NCBI GenBank assembly: GCA_963703955.1
Contig: CAVPGK010000016.1
Location: 1 to 64,000, forward strand
Direction of reading: 5' to 3'
DNA from: Nitrospirota bacterium
Lineage (GTDB): Bacteria > Nitrospirota > Nitrospiria > Nitrospirales > Nitrospiraceae
DNA: 64,000 bases
Within the stretch, counting starts at the first letter, position 1; every line of letters starts with the position of its first letter. Below the pieces are notes generated by a model. It did not search any database. It saw only the letters and a program-made list of their open reading frames with translations, and had not been told where the DNA came from. Positions 18,729-29,509 of this stretch are shown piece by piece. Both the position numbers and the translations under genes were made by a program.

Positions 18729-20837
18729 ATGACCTTACAGGGTAAAGCACAATCGTTGTTCCAGCCGTCGATTGTGCGGCAGGCCATTTTGGACTCCTTC
18801 CGAAAGCTTGATCCCCGGCATCAGCTCAAGAATCCAGTCATGTTCGTGGTCTGGGTCGGGAGCGTGACGACGACCCTGCTCTTTACGCAGGCGCTTTTTG
18901 GGAAAGGCGAAGCGTCGGCAGGGTTCATCTTATCGATCTCGTTGTGGCTGTGGTTTACCGTGCTGTTTGCAAATTTTGCGGAAGCCATGGCGGAGGGGCG
19001 TGGCAAGGCGCAGGCCGACTCGCTGCGCAAGGCACGCCGCGATCTGACGGCGAAGAAACTGGGGAGCATCCAGCCCGGCGTGGACTACCGGGTGCCGCCG
19101 ACGCGAACGTTTCAGAAGGGCGATGTGTTCTCGGTTGTCGAGGCCAGCAGTCTGAAAAAGGGAGACGTCGTGCTGGGGGTAGAAGCCGGCGACTTCATTC
19201 CTGTCGATGGTGAGGTGATTGAGGGTGTTGCCTCAGTCGATGAGAGTGCTGTCACCGGCGAGAGCGCACCGGTCATACGTGAATCAGGAGGCGATCGCAG
19301 TGCCGTTACAGGTGGGACTCGTGTACTATCAGATTGGCTGGTAGTGCGGATCACGGCAAATCCTGGTGAGGGATTTATTGACCGCATGATTGGTCTGGTG
19401 GAGGGAGCAAAGCGCCAGAAGACGCCTAATGAAATAGCCCTGAATATTCTGCTATCGGGATTTACTATTATATTTCTGGTGGCGCGTCACATTGTTGCCG
19501 TATTCGTTGTACAGCGTTGATGTAAAGTCGCAGGGACACCAATGACTGTCACTGTACTGGTGGCATTGCTGGTCTGTCTTATTCCAACCACGATTGGCGG
19601 ACTATTGCCAGCCATTGGAATTGCCGGTATCGACCGCCTGATCCGGCGGAATGTGATTGCATTATCAGGCCGTGCCGTGGAAGCAGCCGGAGATGTGGAT
19701 GTTCTCCTGCTGGATAAGACGGGTACTATCACTCTGGGCAACCGGCAGGCGGTGCAGTTTATACCGGTTGGCAAGGTGTGTCGGACGAGTTGGCTGAGGC
19801 AGCACAGTTGGCTTCATTGGCTGATGAGACACCCGAGGGCCGTAGTATAGTGCTATTGGCCAAGGAAAAATATAGCCTGAGGGGTAACACGGGTGGTGAA
19901 AAATTGGGCATGCGCTTTATTCCCTTTTCGGCACAAACACGCATGAGTGGAGTAGATATGGACGGACTGAGTATCCGCAAGGGTGCGTCTGATGCTATTA
20001 AAGCTTATATCCAGGCTCGAGGGCAAGTTGTCGGCTGCGGTGCGATAACATGTGGATGACATTCTCGTGCGGGAGGTACACCGCTGGTGGTGGCACGAAA
20101 TGGTAGCGCTGGGTGTGATCTATCTGAAAGATATTGTCAAAGGCGGAATAAAAGAACGTTTTATAGTTACGCCGAATGGGAATCAAGACAGTTATGATTA
20201 CGGGCGACAATCCACTCACGGCGACTGCAATTGCCGCTGAAGCGGGAGTGGATGACTTTCTGGCGCAAGCCACACCGGAGGCCAAATTGAAGTTGATACG
20301 TGAATATCAGGCCGGTGGACGACTGGTGGCGATGACAGGAGATGGGACCAATGATGCGCCGGCATTGGCGCAAGCAGATGTAGCCGTCGCAATGAATACC
20401 GGTACGCAGCCAGCCCGAGAAGCCGGCAATATGATTGATCTTGATAGCAATCCGACAAAACTGATTGACATCGTGGAAATCGGCAAGCAATTATTGATGA
20501 CGCGGGGAGCATTGACGACATTCAGCATTGCCAATGATGTATCGAAGTATTTTGCTATCATACCTGCTGCATTCGCGACACTTATCCTGTGCTGAACTCA
20601 TTGAATGTAATGCATCTGGCGACGCCGGAGAGTGCAGTTCTTTCGGCGGTGATATTCAATGCACTGATAATTATCGTACTGATACCGCTGGCTTTGCGTG
20701 GTGTTACATTCCGCCCGATCGGCGCCGACGCACTCCTGCGGCGTCATCTGCTGATCTACGGTTTGGGCGGGATTCTCGTGCCCTTTATCGGAATCAAACT
20801 CATCGATGTCATTCTCGTCGTCCTTGGATTCACATAG
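18729..20837 (+). pseudogene. kdpB: K+-transporting ATPase subunit B, split by multiple frameshifts (possibly an artefact)
   Basis: [45 protein letters not shown] and LTTFSIAND occur in order across at least six ORF fragments. Confidence 0.9.
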
Positions 20838-20845
20838 GAGGGGAT

Positions 20846-21418
20846 ATGCGAGCTCAGTTAAGGCCTGCGCTCATGGCGCTGCTCACTCTCACGATTCTCA
20901 CCGGTGTGCTCTATCCATTGGCGGTCACCGGTGTTGCTCAGATCGTCTTTCCGCTCCAGGCCAATGGCAGTCTCATTGTGCGCGATGGGAAGACACTCGG
21001 TTCGTCGCTCATCGGTCAACCGTTTGACGCCCCACAGTACTTCTGGAGCCGTCCATCGGCCACCTCTCCTTTTCCCTATAATGCGGCCGCTTCGTCCGGT
21101 TCAAATCTTGGCCCTACGAACGAGGCGCTGGTCAAAGCGGTCCAAGCTCGAATTGATGCGCTCAAGACAGTCGATCCGGACAACACCCTGCCCATTCCTG
21201 TGGATCTGGTGACGGCTTCGGGCAGCGGGCTCGATCCTCATATCAGTCCCGCCGCTGCGGACTACCAGGTCCGGCGTGTGGCGCGCTCGCGTGGAATCGA
21301 CGAAGCGATGGTACGCCGTCTCGTTGCGGATCATACCGAACGGCGCCAATGGGGCATCTTAGGAGAGCCGAGAGTCAATGTGTTGCTGCTGAACCTCGCA
21401 TTGGATGAGCGCAAGTAG
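20846..21418 (+). CDS. kdpC: K+-transporting ATPase subunit C
   Basis: [52 protein letters not shown]. Confidence 0.98.
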   Translation: MRAQLRPALMALLTLTILTGVLYPLAVTGVAQIVFPLQANGSLIVRDGKTLGSSLIGQPFDAPQYFWSRPSATSPFPYNAAASSGSNLGPTNEALVKAVQARIDALKTVDPDNTLPIPVDLVTASGSGLDPHISPAAADYQVRRVARSRGIDEAMVRRLVADHTERRQWGILGEPRVNVLLLNLALDERK

Positions 21419-21459
21419 TTTCCTGGCCCTCTCCTCGTTCTCGTGACGTTCGCATCACG

Positions 21460-22374
21460 ATGCTCGAAATCCTTGGAAAGACCAACATCGACTTCATGAG
21501 CAAACGCAACCTGGCGTTTGTGTGTTCTGCCGCCGCCGCATTGGTGGGGCTCTTCGCCTGCTTTGAGATCGCTCGAGGAGCGGCCAATCTCAGCATCGAT
21601 TTCTCCGGTGGCGCGGCCGTGCAATTGAGATTTGAAGAGCCCATACGAATCGAAGCGGCACGAGACGCATTAGAGGCTCATGGACTCCCGGGGGCTGACG
21701 TCCAGGAATTTGTCGGCGAAAACAAGCTGCTCGTGAGGATAAAAACCGGCAGCACGATCGAAGAACAAGCCGCGAATCGAATCATCGAAGCGTTCAACAA
21801 GGAGTTCCCGCAGAACCGCCCCGTCGTGGAGTCTACCAGCGAAATCGGTCCCATCATCGGGCAACAACTGAAGAAGGATGCCCTGATCGCTATCCTGATC
21901 TCTTTGATCGGTATCATCCTGTACATCTCTGCGCGGTTTGAATTTCGCTTCGGTCTGGCGGCCGCCCTTGCCATGTTGCATGATGTGCTTGTGGTCCTGG
22001 GTTTGTTCTATCTATTCAACAAGGAAATCACCCTTCTCGTCATCACTGCCTTGTTGACGCTGGCTGGATACTCGCTGACCGACAAGGTGGTGGTGTTCGA
22101 CCGGATTCGAGAAATTCTGCGTCTGCGCCGGCGTGAAAGTCTTTCAACCATCATCAATCAGGGCATCAACCAGGTGTTGAGCCGAACGATCGTGACCAGT
22201 CTCACGGTTGTTCTGGTGCTGGTTCCTTTGGCTACCATCGGTGGGGAGGTCTTGCATGATTTCTCCTTGGCGCTCTTGTGGGGAGTCATCATCGGGACCT
22301 ATTCCTCCGTCTTTGTGGCGAGTCCGCTTCTCCTGGTGTTACCTGTTCGAGGAAGTTTACTGGCGCGCCGCTGA
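21460..22374 (+). CDS. secF: Protein translocase subunit SecF paralogue (no adjacent secD)
   Basis: IDFSGG, IGPIIG, YISARFE, HDVL, GYSLTDKVVVFDRIRE, LSRTIVTS, GTYSSVFVASP. Confidence 0.93.
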   Translation: MLEILGKTNIDFMSKRNLAFVCSAAAALVGLFACFEIARGAANLSIDFSGGAAVQLRFEEPIRIEAARDALEAHGLPGADVQEFVGENKLLVRIKTGSTIEEQAANRIIEAFNKEFPQNRPVVESTSEIGPIIGQQLKKDALIAILISLIGIILYISARFEFRFGLAAALAMLHDVLVVLGLFYLFNKEITLLVITALLTLAGYSLTDKVVVFDRIREILRLRRRESLSTIINQGINQVLSRTIVTSLTVVLVLVPLATIGGEVLHDFSLALLWGVIIGTYSSVFVASPLLLVLPVRGSLLARR

Positions 22375-22383
22375 ACGTTCCCT

Positions 22384-24186
22384 ATGACCTACAACGGCTC
22401 TCTTCAAATCACGCTCTTCTTCCTGGTATTGCTGGCCCTCGTGAAACCGCTTGGCGATTATATGGTGAACGTTTACGAGGGGGCGACGACAGGTTTGGTT
22501 GGATTCCTCAGACCGTTAGAACGGCTGATGTACCGTCTGTGTGGCGTGCAGCCGGTCGACGAAATGGATTGGAAGACGTATGGCATGGCGATGCTGATGT
22601 TCAGCGCGGCCGGTATGGTGGCTCTGTATGCTTTACAGCGATTCCAAAGTCTGCTGCCCCTCAATCCCCATGGCTTCAACGCTGTAGATCCTGCGCTTGC
22701 CTTCAACAACGCAGCGAGTTACGTGACCAATACAAACTGGCAAGCTTATAGCGGCGAGACCACGATGAGTCACCTGACGAATATGTTGGGGATGACCGTC
22801 CAAAACTTCGTCTCTGCTGCGACCGGAATGGCCATCCTCATCGCCATGATCCGCGGGTTCGTACGTCGCAACGCGGAGACGATTGGGAACTTTTGGGTCG
22901 ATCTCATCCGCGGCACGCTGTACATTCTTCTGCCGCTGGCAGTGGTGTCTTCGCTGCTCCTTGTCTCCCAGGGCGCCGTTCAGACGCTCACCGGAGCGGT
23001 CCCCGTGCGGCTGCTCCAGCCCATAATCTATGACCGGACCATAACAGGACCCGACGGCCGTCAAGTCTTGGATGAGACGGGCCGAGCTAAGACCGAGACC
23101 GTGACGGTCACAGAACAAATCGTGGCGGTCGGCCCGGCCGCCACACAGGTCATCAGCCGAGGTCTCGGTACGTCGGGAGGCGGTTTCTTCAATGCCAACT
23201 CCGCGCATCCTTTCGAAAGCTCCACCCCCGCCAGCGATTTTCTGCTGCTCTTGGTGCAAACGATGATCGCAGCCGGCTTGACCTATACCTTCGGGAAGAT
23301 GGTAGGGGATACGCGTCAAGGCTGGGCCGTCATAGGAGCCATGCTGATCACCCTGCTGCTCTTCATGTTGGTCGCGTATCAGGCAGAGTCGGCCGGCAAT
23401 CCGCAGATCGCTGCACTTGGGGTAGATGTGACGGGCAGCGATCTGCAGCCGGGCGGTAATATGGAAGGAAAAGAAGTGCGTTTTGGTATTGCACGCACCG
23501 CCTTGGTGGCCACCGCTACGACCGGCACGTCAACCGGCGCAGCCAACGGGATGCATGATTCGCTCATGCCGCTGGGCGGCATGGTGACCCTCGTCATGAT
23601 GCAAGTTGGTGAAGTCATATTAGGAGGCGTGGGCTCTGGGCTCAGCGGCATGTTGGTTTTTGTCATCATTGCGGTCTTCATCGCGGGACTTATGGTTGGT
23701 CGCACGCCGGAGTATCTGGGAAAGAAAATTGAGCCGTATGAGATGAAGATGGCTTCCTTAGTGATTCTGGTCATGCCCATCGTCGTAATGGGATTCACTG
23801 CAGTCGCGGTTGTCAGTGATGTCGGCACAGCGTCTATCTTCAACCCAGGCCCACATGGTTTCAGTGAGGTGCTTTACGCATACACGTCAATGGCGAACAA
23901 CAACGGCAGCACCTTCGGAGGCCTCAATGCAAATACACTGTTCTACAACTTCACCGGGGGCCTAGCCATGCTGGTGGGACGGTTCTGGACGGTCATCCCG
24001 ACTCTGGCGCTCGCAGGATCCCTTGCTCGCAAGAAGACTGTTCATACCGGTGAAGGCGCGCTTCCCACCCACACGCCTCTTTTTGTGCTTTGGCTCGTCG
24101 TCATCCTTCTTGGGGTAGGGGCGCTGACCTTCCTCCCAGCGCTGGCTCTCGGCCCCATTGTGGAGCATCTGCTCTTGATGAGCTAG
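22384..24186 (+). CDS. kdpA: K+-transporting ATPase subunit A, copy 2 (variant filter motifs)
   Basis: Full-length paralogue: [42 protein letters not shown]. Confidence 0.96.
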   Translation: MTYNGSLQITLFFLVLLALVKPLGDYMVNVYEGATTGLVGFLRPLERLMYRLCGVQPVDEMDWKTYGMAMLMFSAAGMVALYALQRFQSLLPLNPHGFNAVDPALAFNNAASYVTNTNWQAYSGETTMSHLTNMLGMTVQNFVSAATGMAILIAMIRGFVRRNAETIGNFWVDLIRGTLYILLPLAVVSSLLLVSQGAVQTLTGAVPVRLLQPIIYDRTITGPDGRQVLDETGRAKTETVTVTEQIVAVGPAATQVISRGLGTSGGGFFNANSAHPFESSTPASDFLLLLVQTMIAAGLTYTFGKMVGDTRQGWAVIGAMLITLLLFMLVAYQAESAGNPQIAALGVDVTGSDLQPGGNMEGKEVRFGIARTALVATATTGTSTGAANGMHDSLMPLGGMVTLVMMQVGEVILGGVGSGLSGMLVFVIIAVFIAGLMVGRTPEYLGKKIEPYEMKMASLVILVMPIVVMGFTAVAVVSDVGTASIFNPGPHGFSEVLYAYTSMANNNGSTFGGLNANTLFYNFTGGLAMLVGRFWTVIPTLALAGSLARKKTVHTGEGALPTHTPLFVLWLVVILLGVGALTFLPALALGPIVEHLLLMS

Positions 24187-24303
24187 GGCCGCTGACCGTC
24201 CCTCTAGCAGAGAGGGACTCTCCTCCATTGACGGTTCCCCCACGTCTTTTCTAGAATGAGGCCCGTGCCGCGACAAGCGTGGCAGCGATCCATTGGAGAT
24301 CTT

Positions 24304-27006
24304 ATGGATATTGAACGGCCTGATCCGGATGCTCTGCTGAAGCGGGTGCAGCAGGAGGAGTCGCCACAGACGCGTGGAAAACTGAAGATCTTTTTCGGTG
24401 CGACGGCCGGGGTGGGGAAGACATATGCCATGCTGGAGGCAGCCCACAGCCGGAAAAAGGAGAGAGTCGATGTGGTCGTCGGGTGGGTGGAGACTCATGG
24501 TCGGGTAGAAACCGAGGCACTCCTGAAGGGACTGGAAATTCTTCACCCTCGCGTGACGGAATATCGGGGCGCGACGTTCCGTGAATTTGATCTTGATCTG
24601 GCGCTGGCACGGCGTCCGACTCTGATCCTGATGGACGAACTGGCCCATACCAACGCGCAAGGCTCGCGCCACCCCAAACGCTGGCAAGACGTTCTGGAAC
24701 TGCTCAACGCCGGCATCCACGTTTATACGACAGTGAACGTCCAACATTTGGAAAGCCTGAACGACGTGGTCGCGCAGATTACTGGAATCAGAGTTCGTGA
24801 AACGGTGCCCGACTCGGTTCTGGAGCAGGCGGATGAGGTGGAGTTGATTGACTTGCCGCCGGACGACCTGCTTCAACGCCTGAAGGAAGGCAAGGTCTAT
24901 GTGCCCGAGCAGGTACAGCGGGCGATGCAGAATTTTTTCCGTAAAGGCAATCTGATCGCGCTCCGGGAATTGGCTCTCCGCCGGACGGCCGAACGGGTCG
25001 ATGAGCAGATGGAGGTCTATCGGCGTGATCATGCGGTCGTTCAAACGTGGCCGGCCGCTGAGACCATCATGGTCTGTGTCAATATGAAGCCCCGCGGCAC
25101 GCGGCTGATCCGGGCCGCCAAACGTATGGCAGGCGAGCTTCACGCGAAGTGGCTGGCCGTCTATGTGCAGACAGCTAGGCACGTCCAGATGGCCGACATG
25201 GAACGCGATCGAGTCGTGCAGACACTCCGCTTCGCTGAACAATTAGGAGCCGAGACGGTCACTTTGAGTGGGGAGCACGTCGTCCAGGAAATTCTGACGT
25301 ATGCTCGCAGCCGTAATGTGACGAAGATCATCGTGGGGAAGCCGGTCCGATCACGCTGGAACGAATGGGTGTTTGGGTCGGTGGTCTCGGAACTTGTGAG
25401 AGATAGCGGCGAGATCGACATTTACGTGATCACAGGCGAAGCGGGAGAAAGCCGGCCGCTGACGAAGCAAGTCTTCCAACGAACCAGTGAATGGCGATCG
25501 TACGGATTCGGGATCTTGCCGGTGGCCGTCTGTACCGGAGTGGCCTTGCTGATGTTTCCATATTTCGGTGTGGCGAATCTGGTCATGGTATACCTGATCG
25601 GTGTCGTCCTCACGGCGGTCCGTTACGGCCGCGGGCCTTCCATTCTCGCCTCGATTCTCAGCGTCGCCGCGTTCGACTTTTTCTTTGTTCCGCCGTACCT
25701 CTCATTCGCCGTCTCGGATGTTCAATACCTCCTGACGTTTGCTGTCATGCTTGTGGTCGCGTTGGTCATCAGCGGGCTCACGGTCCGCCTGCAGCGGCAA
25801 GCCGAAGCCTCGCGTCAACGTGAACGACGGACGGCTGTCTTGTATGCGATGAGCCGGGATCTGGCCACTCGCCGAAAGGTCACTGATCTGGCTGCGGTCG
25901 CCTCTCAGCACATACGGGACGTCTTTGACAGCCAAGTGGCTATGTTCCTGCCTGATGGGTCCGGCCGGTTGGTCCTCCAGCGCACGGAGGAAATGTTTTT
26001 TGAATTCGATCCCAAGGAAGCCGGGGTCGCCGAGTGGGTCTACGAGAACAGCCAACGGGCCGGACTGGGCAGCGATACCTTGCCCGGCGCCGGTGCGCTG
26101 TACATGCCGCTCATGGGGTCGCAAGGGTCGGTGGGAGTGTTGGCCATTCGACCTAAACAAACAGGACGTCTTGTGGAGCCGGAGCAGCTTCATCTCCTGG
26201 AAACGCTGAGCAACCAGATTGCCCTGGCTATCGAACGGGCTCGACTCGCCAAAGAATCGCAACGAGCCCATGTGGAGGCTGAAACCGAACGGACGCGCAA
26301 CGCAATTCTCAGCTCCGTTTCGCATGATTTGCGCACGCCGCTGGCAACCATTATCGGCGCCGCAAGCAGTCTGGTGAATGCAGCGGGGACCGATTCGGCG
26401 TCTCATCGAGAACTGGCTCGAGCGATTCATGACGAAGCCAATCGCCTGGATCGTCTTGTCAAGAATCTGATGGACATGACGCGACTGGAAGCCGGGGCGT
26501 TGCAGCTTCGCAAAGAGTGGCATCCACTTGAAGAGGTGGTCGGGGCAGCCTTGACGCGTCTCGGAGGCCGGCTCCAAGGGCACCACATCAATACTCATTT
26601 TCCTGCCGATTTACCCCTTGTTCCGCTCGACGGCGTGCTGATCCAACAAGTTCTGATCAATCTTGTGGAGAACGCGATCAAGTATGCCCCCCCCGGCAGT
26701 TCGATTGATCTCTCCGCTCAGGCATCGGAGAAGGAGATTGTCTTCGTGATCGTGGACCACGGGCCGGGGTTGCCTCCAGGTGACGAAGAGCGGGTTTTCG
26801 ACAAGTTCTATCGCGCTGGGCGGGCGTTGGAAGGAGGAGTAGGTCTAGGGCTGACGATTTGCCGCGGGGTCATTGAGGCGCACGGCGGCCGCATTTGGGC
26901 CGAAAACCGACCCGGCGGCGGCGCGGTGTTTCGCTTCACCCTTCCTTTGGAGGGGAGTCAGCCTCATGTCCAGCCGGAGAAGGCCGAGCCTTACTCGGCT
27001 GGATGA
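24304..27006 (+). CDS. kdpD: Sensor histidine kinase KdpD
   Basis: [30 protein letters not shown] domain, 4 [26 protein letters not shown]. Confidence 0.98.
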   Translation: MDIERPDPDALLKRVQQEESPQTRGKLKIFFGATAGVGKTYAMLEAAHSRKKERVDVVVGWVETHGRVETEALLKGLEILHPRVTEYRGATFREFDLDLALARRPTLILMDELAHTNAQGSRHPKRWQDVLELLNAGIHVYTTVNVQHLESLNDVVAQITGIRVRETVPDSVLEQADEVELIDLPPDDLLQRLKEGKVYVPEQVQRAMQNFFRKGNLIALRELALRRTAERVDEQMEVYRRDHAVVQTWPAAETIMVCVNMKPRGTRLIRAAKRMAGELHAKWLAVYVQTARHVQMADMERDRVVQTLRFAEQLGAETVTLSGEHVVQEILTYARSRNVTKIIVGKPVRSRWNEWVFGSVVSELVRDSGEIDIYVITGEAGESRPLTKQVFQRTSEWRSYGFGILPVAVCTGVALLMFPYFGVANLVMVYLIGVVLTAVRYGRGPSILASILSVAAFDFFFVPPYLSFAVSDVQYLLTFAVMLVVALVISGLTVRLQRQAEASRQRERRTAVLYAMSRDLATRRKVTDLAAVASQHIRDVFDSQVAMFLPDGSGRLVLQRTEEMFFEFDPKEAGVAEWVYENSQRAGLGSDTLPGAGALYMPLMGSQGSVGVLAIRPKQTGRLVEPEQLHLLETLSNQIALAIERARLAKESQRAHVEAETERTRNAILSSVSHDLRTPLATIIGAASSLVNAAGTDSASHRELARAIHDEANRLDRLVKNLMDMTRLEAGALQLRKEWHPLEEVVGAALTRLGGRLQGHHINTHFPADLPLVPLDGVLIQQVLINLVENAIKYAPPGSSIDLSAQASEKEIVFVIVDHGPGLPPGDEERVFDKFYRAGRALEGGVGLGLTICRGVIEAHGGRIWAENRPGGGAVFRFTLPLEGSQPHVQPEKAEPYSAG

Positions 27007-27009
27007 ACG

Positions 27010-27708
27010 ATGGTCAATGCGGGCCCGACAGTCCTCTTAATCGAAGATGAACCGGAGATTCGCCGATTCCTGCGAACCACTCTCCCCGAGCATGGATTTC
27101 GATTCTATGAGGCCGGCACCGGCCACGATGGCCTCGCGCAAGCGCAATCCAGGAATCCGGACATCATTCTGCTCGACCTTGGTTTACCAGATCTGGAAGG
27201 CGCCGAAGTGATCAGGCGGCTTCGCGAGTGGACGCCGATTCCGATTATTGTCTTATCGGCCCGAGATCAGGAGCAGGTCAAGGTTGCCGCGCTAGACCTC
27301 GGCGCCGACGATTATGTGACCAAGCCGTTCGGCGTGCATGAGTTGCTGGCTCGGATGCGTGCCAGTCTCCGCCAGGTGGCCCGCGCATCCGTGGAGCATG
27401 GGGACACTATGTTTGCAACGGGCCAGCTTCGAGTCGATCTTGGACGGAGACAGGTCTTCGTTTCCGACAAGGAAATTCATTTGACGCCTATCGAATACAA
27501 GTTGCTCACCACGCTGGTACGATACGCCGGGAAGGTTGTGACACACCGTCAGCTATTGAAGGAAGTTTGGGGGCCGCTGCATGTCGAAGAGGGGCACTAT
27601 CTTCGGGTGTACATGCGACAACTCCGAAACAAGCTGGAAGAGGATCCCGCTCAGCCTCGGTATCTGTTGACCGAGCTTGGAGTCGGCTATAGGCTTCGGA
27701 CGGAATAG
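27010..27708 (+). CDS. kdpE: Response regulator KdpE (OmpR/PhoB family)
   Basis: LLDLGLPD, GADDYVTKPF, HYLRVYMRQLRNKLE, TELGVGYR; follows kdpD. Confidence 0.97.
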   Translation: MVNAGPTVLLIEDEPEIRRFLRTTLPEHGFRFYEAGTGHDGLAQAQSRNPDIILLDLGLPDLEGAEVIRRLREWTPIPIIVLSARDQEQVKVAALDLGADDYVTKPFGVHELLARMRASLRQVARASVEHGDTMFATGQLRVDLGRRQVFVSDKEIHLTPIEYKLLTTLVRYAGKVVTHRQLLKEVWGPLHVEEGHYLRVYMRQLRNKLEEDPAQPRYLLTELGVGYRLRTE

Positions 27709-27872
27709 CGCTCCGTGGTGGCGAGGCGGGGCCGTCGCGACTTCACTTTTTGACGCTCATCAAACGGGTCCAACCGATCTGGGCTCGCCGCGACGGCATT
27801 CACCATCCAGACTATGACGAATGGAAAAACGCAAACGGCTGTGATGGTTATAATCCATGTCATCCAGATCAT
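27687..27872 (-). CDS. Small single-TM peptide, paralogue of 13075-13167
   Basis: SD GGGGAG; MIWMTWIITITAVCVFPFVIVWMVNAV... shares VFPFxIxWxVxxV. Confidence 0.6.
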   Translation of the reverse strand: MIWMTWIITITAVCVFPFVIVWMVNAVAASPDRLDPFDERQKVKSRRPRLATTERYSVRSL

Positions 27873-27987
27873 CGGTTGTCTCCCCGCTTAATGATGTTGT
27901 AACAGACTGGGAGGATAGAGACGTGTCGCCACAATGTTTAGGGCGACGTCCCGCGTGCATGGGACCTCCTGCGGTCACGTGAATTGA

Positions 27988-29214
27988 CTAGGGGGAATCA
28001 AATGTCCAGATCGCCGAAAAAATTAGCAACTGCTGCGTCGGCGTCAGGCTATTTTCAGTGCCCTTAAAGAAGCCGCCGCCGGGGCCGGTGGAGTCGTCAA
28101 TTCGGTATTCGAGACGCAGAATCGTGTTCGTCCACTTGTAGGGAAGCTGATACTCACCGGTGGCCGTGACCGCTTTGATGAATTGCTCGAAGCCGGTCAT
28201 CAAACCGTTCCGATCCCAATAAAATTCGGGACTCAACGCAACGCTCCACGGTCCCCCGATGTGCCACCGCATAGGCATGGCTGCTCCGGTATAAAATTGG
28301 CGAGGGTTGCCTGGGGCCGTCGCATCCTTTTGTGTTCCGATCTGATATTCGAACGCAATAATGACGTCGTCACCCTTCCATTCAATGATGCTGTCCGAGA
28401 ACAGGCGCCAAAATTCCAGCGACGTATCCGACTGATCCGGTCCATAATAGACCGTCTCTTTGAAGGTCCATCGCGACGTCGCCTTGTACGCAACCTGTGC
28501 GCCATAGCTCGGGACGCTGTTCGCCTTTTGAAGGTGGAAGTAATCGTTGATCACAAAGAAGGCGCCGGTCCACTTCTCATTAAACTGATACACGGCGTTC
28601 GCCCCGAACATTAGGTACGGCGAATAATCAGCAATCCATGCGCGGGTATAGGTGAAGTTGTCCTTGGCATAGAGGGATTCATACCCAATCAAGCTGTTAA
28701 AGAGTCCCGCTTGGAGGACCAAGCCATTGCCGACCGGCGCGAGATACGAAACATTTGCTCGCCCGAAATGACGCAGCGCATCCGCGTCTGGGACCGTGGG
28801 GAGACCGACCCCGAACCCGAAGGTCTTGGAATCCTGCCCGGCCTGCACCGATAGTTCCGTACCCCATCGGGATTTTTCGGACACATCCTTCCTCACATAG
28901 ATACTGGTCATTTCGAGATCGAGCTCATTGACACGTGGCGTGGTGCTCCGATTACGGAAAAGATGGTTTTCCGGAAAATTGAAATCGAGCAAATAGCCGA
29001 GGTCCACAAAGCCGCCGTAATGCCACTCCGAACCGGGAGTTTTAGCCTCACCCGCGGGTGGAGAAGCTGCTGGTTCAGGCACTTGAGGACCCTGAGTCGC
29101 CGGCGCTCCGGGTTCCTCACCCCGGGCAGGGGTTGCCATTCCCCCAAGCAGAAGAATCACAACGCTCAATCTCATGATTCCGCCGAGCATAGGAACTGCG
29201 AGCCTTTCCCTCAT
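27988..29214 (-). CDS. Outer-membrane beta-barrel/porin (BBP2/DUF1597-like)
   Basis: Signal peptide, GGFVDLGY, AGLFNSLIGYES, LRLEYRID, terminal aromatic strand (AIWTF); start may be 29175. Confidence 0.82.
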   Translation of the reverse strand: MRERLAVPMLGGIMRLSVVILLLGGMATPARGEEPGAPATQGPQVPEPAASPPAGEAKTPGSEWHYGGFVDLGYLLDFNFPENHLFRNRSTTPRVNELDLEMTSIYVRKDVSEKSRWGTELSVQAGQDSKTFGFGVGLPTVPDADALRHFGRANVSYLAPVGNGLVLQAGLFNSLIGYESLYAKDNFTYTRAWIADYSPYLMFGANAVYQFNEKWTGAFFVINDYFHLQKANSVPSYGAQVAYKATSRWTFKETVYYGPDQSDTSLEFWRLFSDSIIEWKGDDVIIAFEYQIGTQKDATAPGNPRQFYTGAAMPMRWHIGGPWSVALSPEFYWDRNGLMTGFEQFIKAVTATGEYQLPYKWTNTILRLEYRIDDSTGPGGGFFKGTENSLTPTQQLLIFSAIWTFDSP

Positions 29215-29252
29215 CGGTACGTCGTGAACCTTTCATGAGCAAGTGGTCGACG

Positions 29253-29420
29253 TCAAGCCGCCGGCCGCTGAAGACGGCTATGATCCTTTTCGGTATCCTC
29301 TTCGGGAGTTTGATCCAGGGAAGTTGGCCTGTGCTGCATAGAGGTATCAAAAAAGGAGCTGACAAGCACCCATATCAATCCCAGCACCCCCAGAAGAAGC
29401 CACACCACGATGAACGTCAC
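29253..29420 (-). CDS. Small single-TM peptide heading the porin operon
   Basis: SD GAGGAG plus GTG; (M)TFIVVWLLLGVLGLIWVLVSSFFDTS...; alternative start 29441. Confidence 0.6.
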   Translation of the reverse strand: MTFIVVWLLLGVLGLIWVLVSSFFDTSMQHRPTSLDQTPEEDTEKDHSRLQRPAA

Positions 29421-29509
29421 GGTTTGCTCCTCTTGTTCCATTCCCAGCTCGAAATCATTGCCACGGGCATTCGTTGGGTCTTACCGAGCTTATTCCTTTG
29501 TATGGATCA

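Noticed and set aside
24198..24220. Hairpin GTCCCTCT/AGAGGGAC between kdpA2 and kdpD as a terminator
   Set aside because: No U-tract follows; it may be a stability hairpin but cannot be called
16773..26598. Long antisense ORFs (394, 228, 426 and 298 aa) opposite kdpA1, kdpA2 and kdpD
   Set aside because: Typical high-GC antisense shadows with no recognisable motifs
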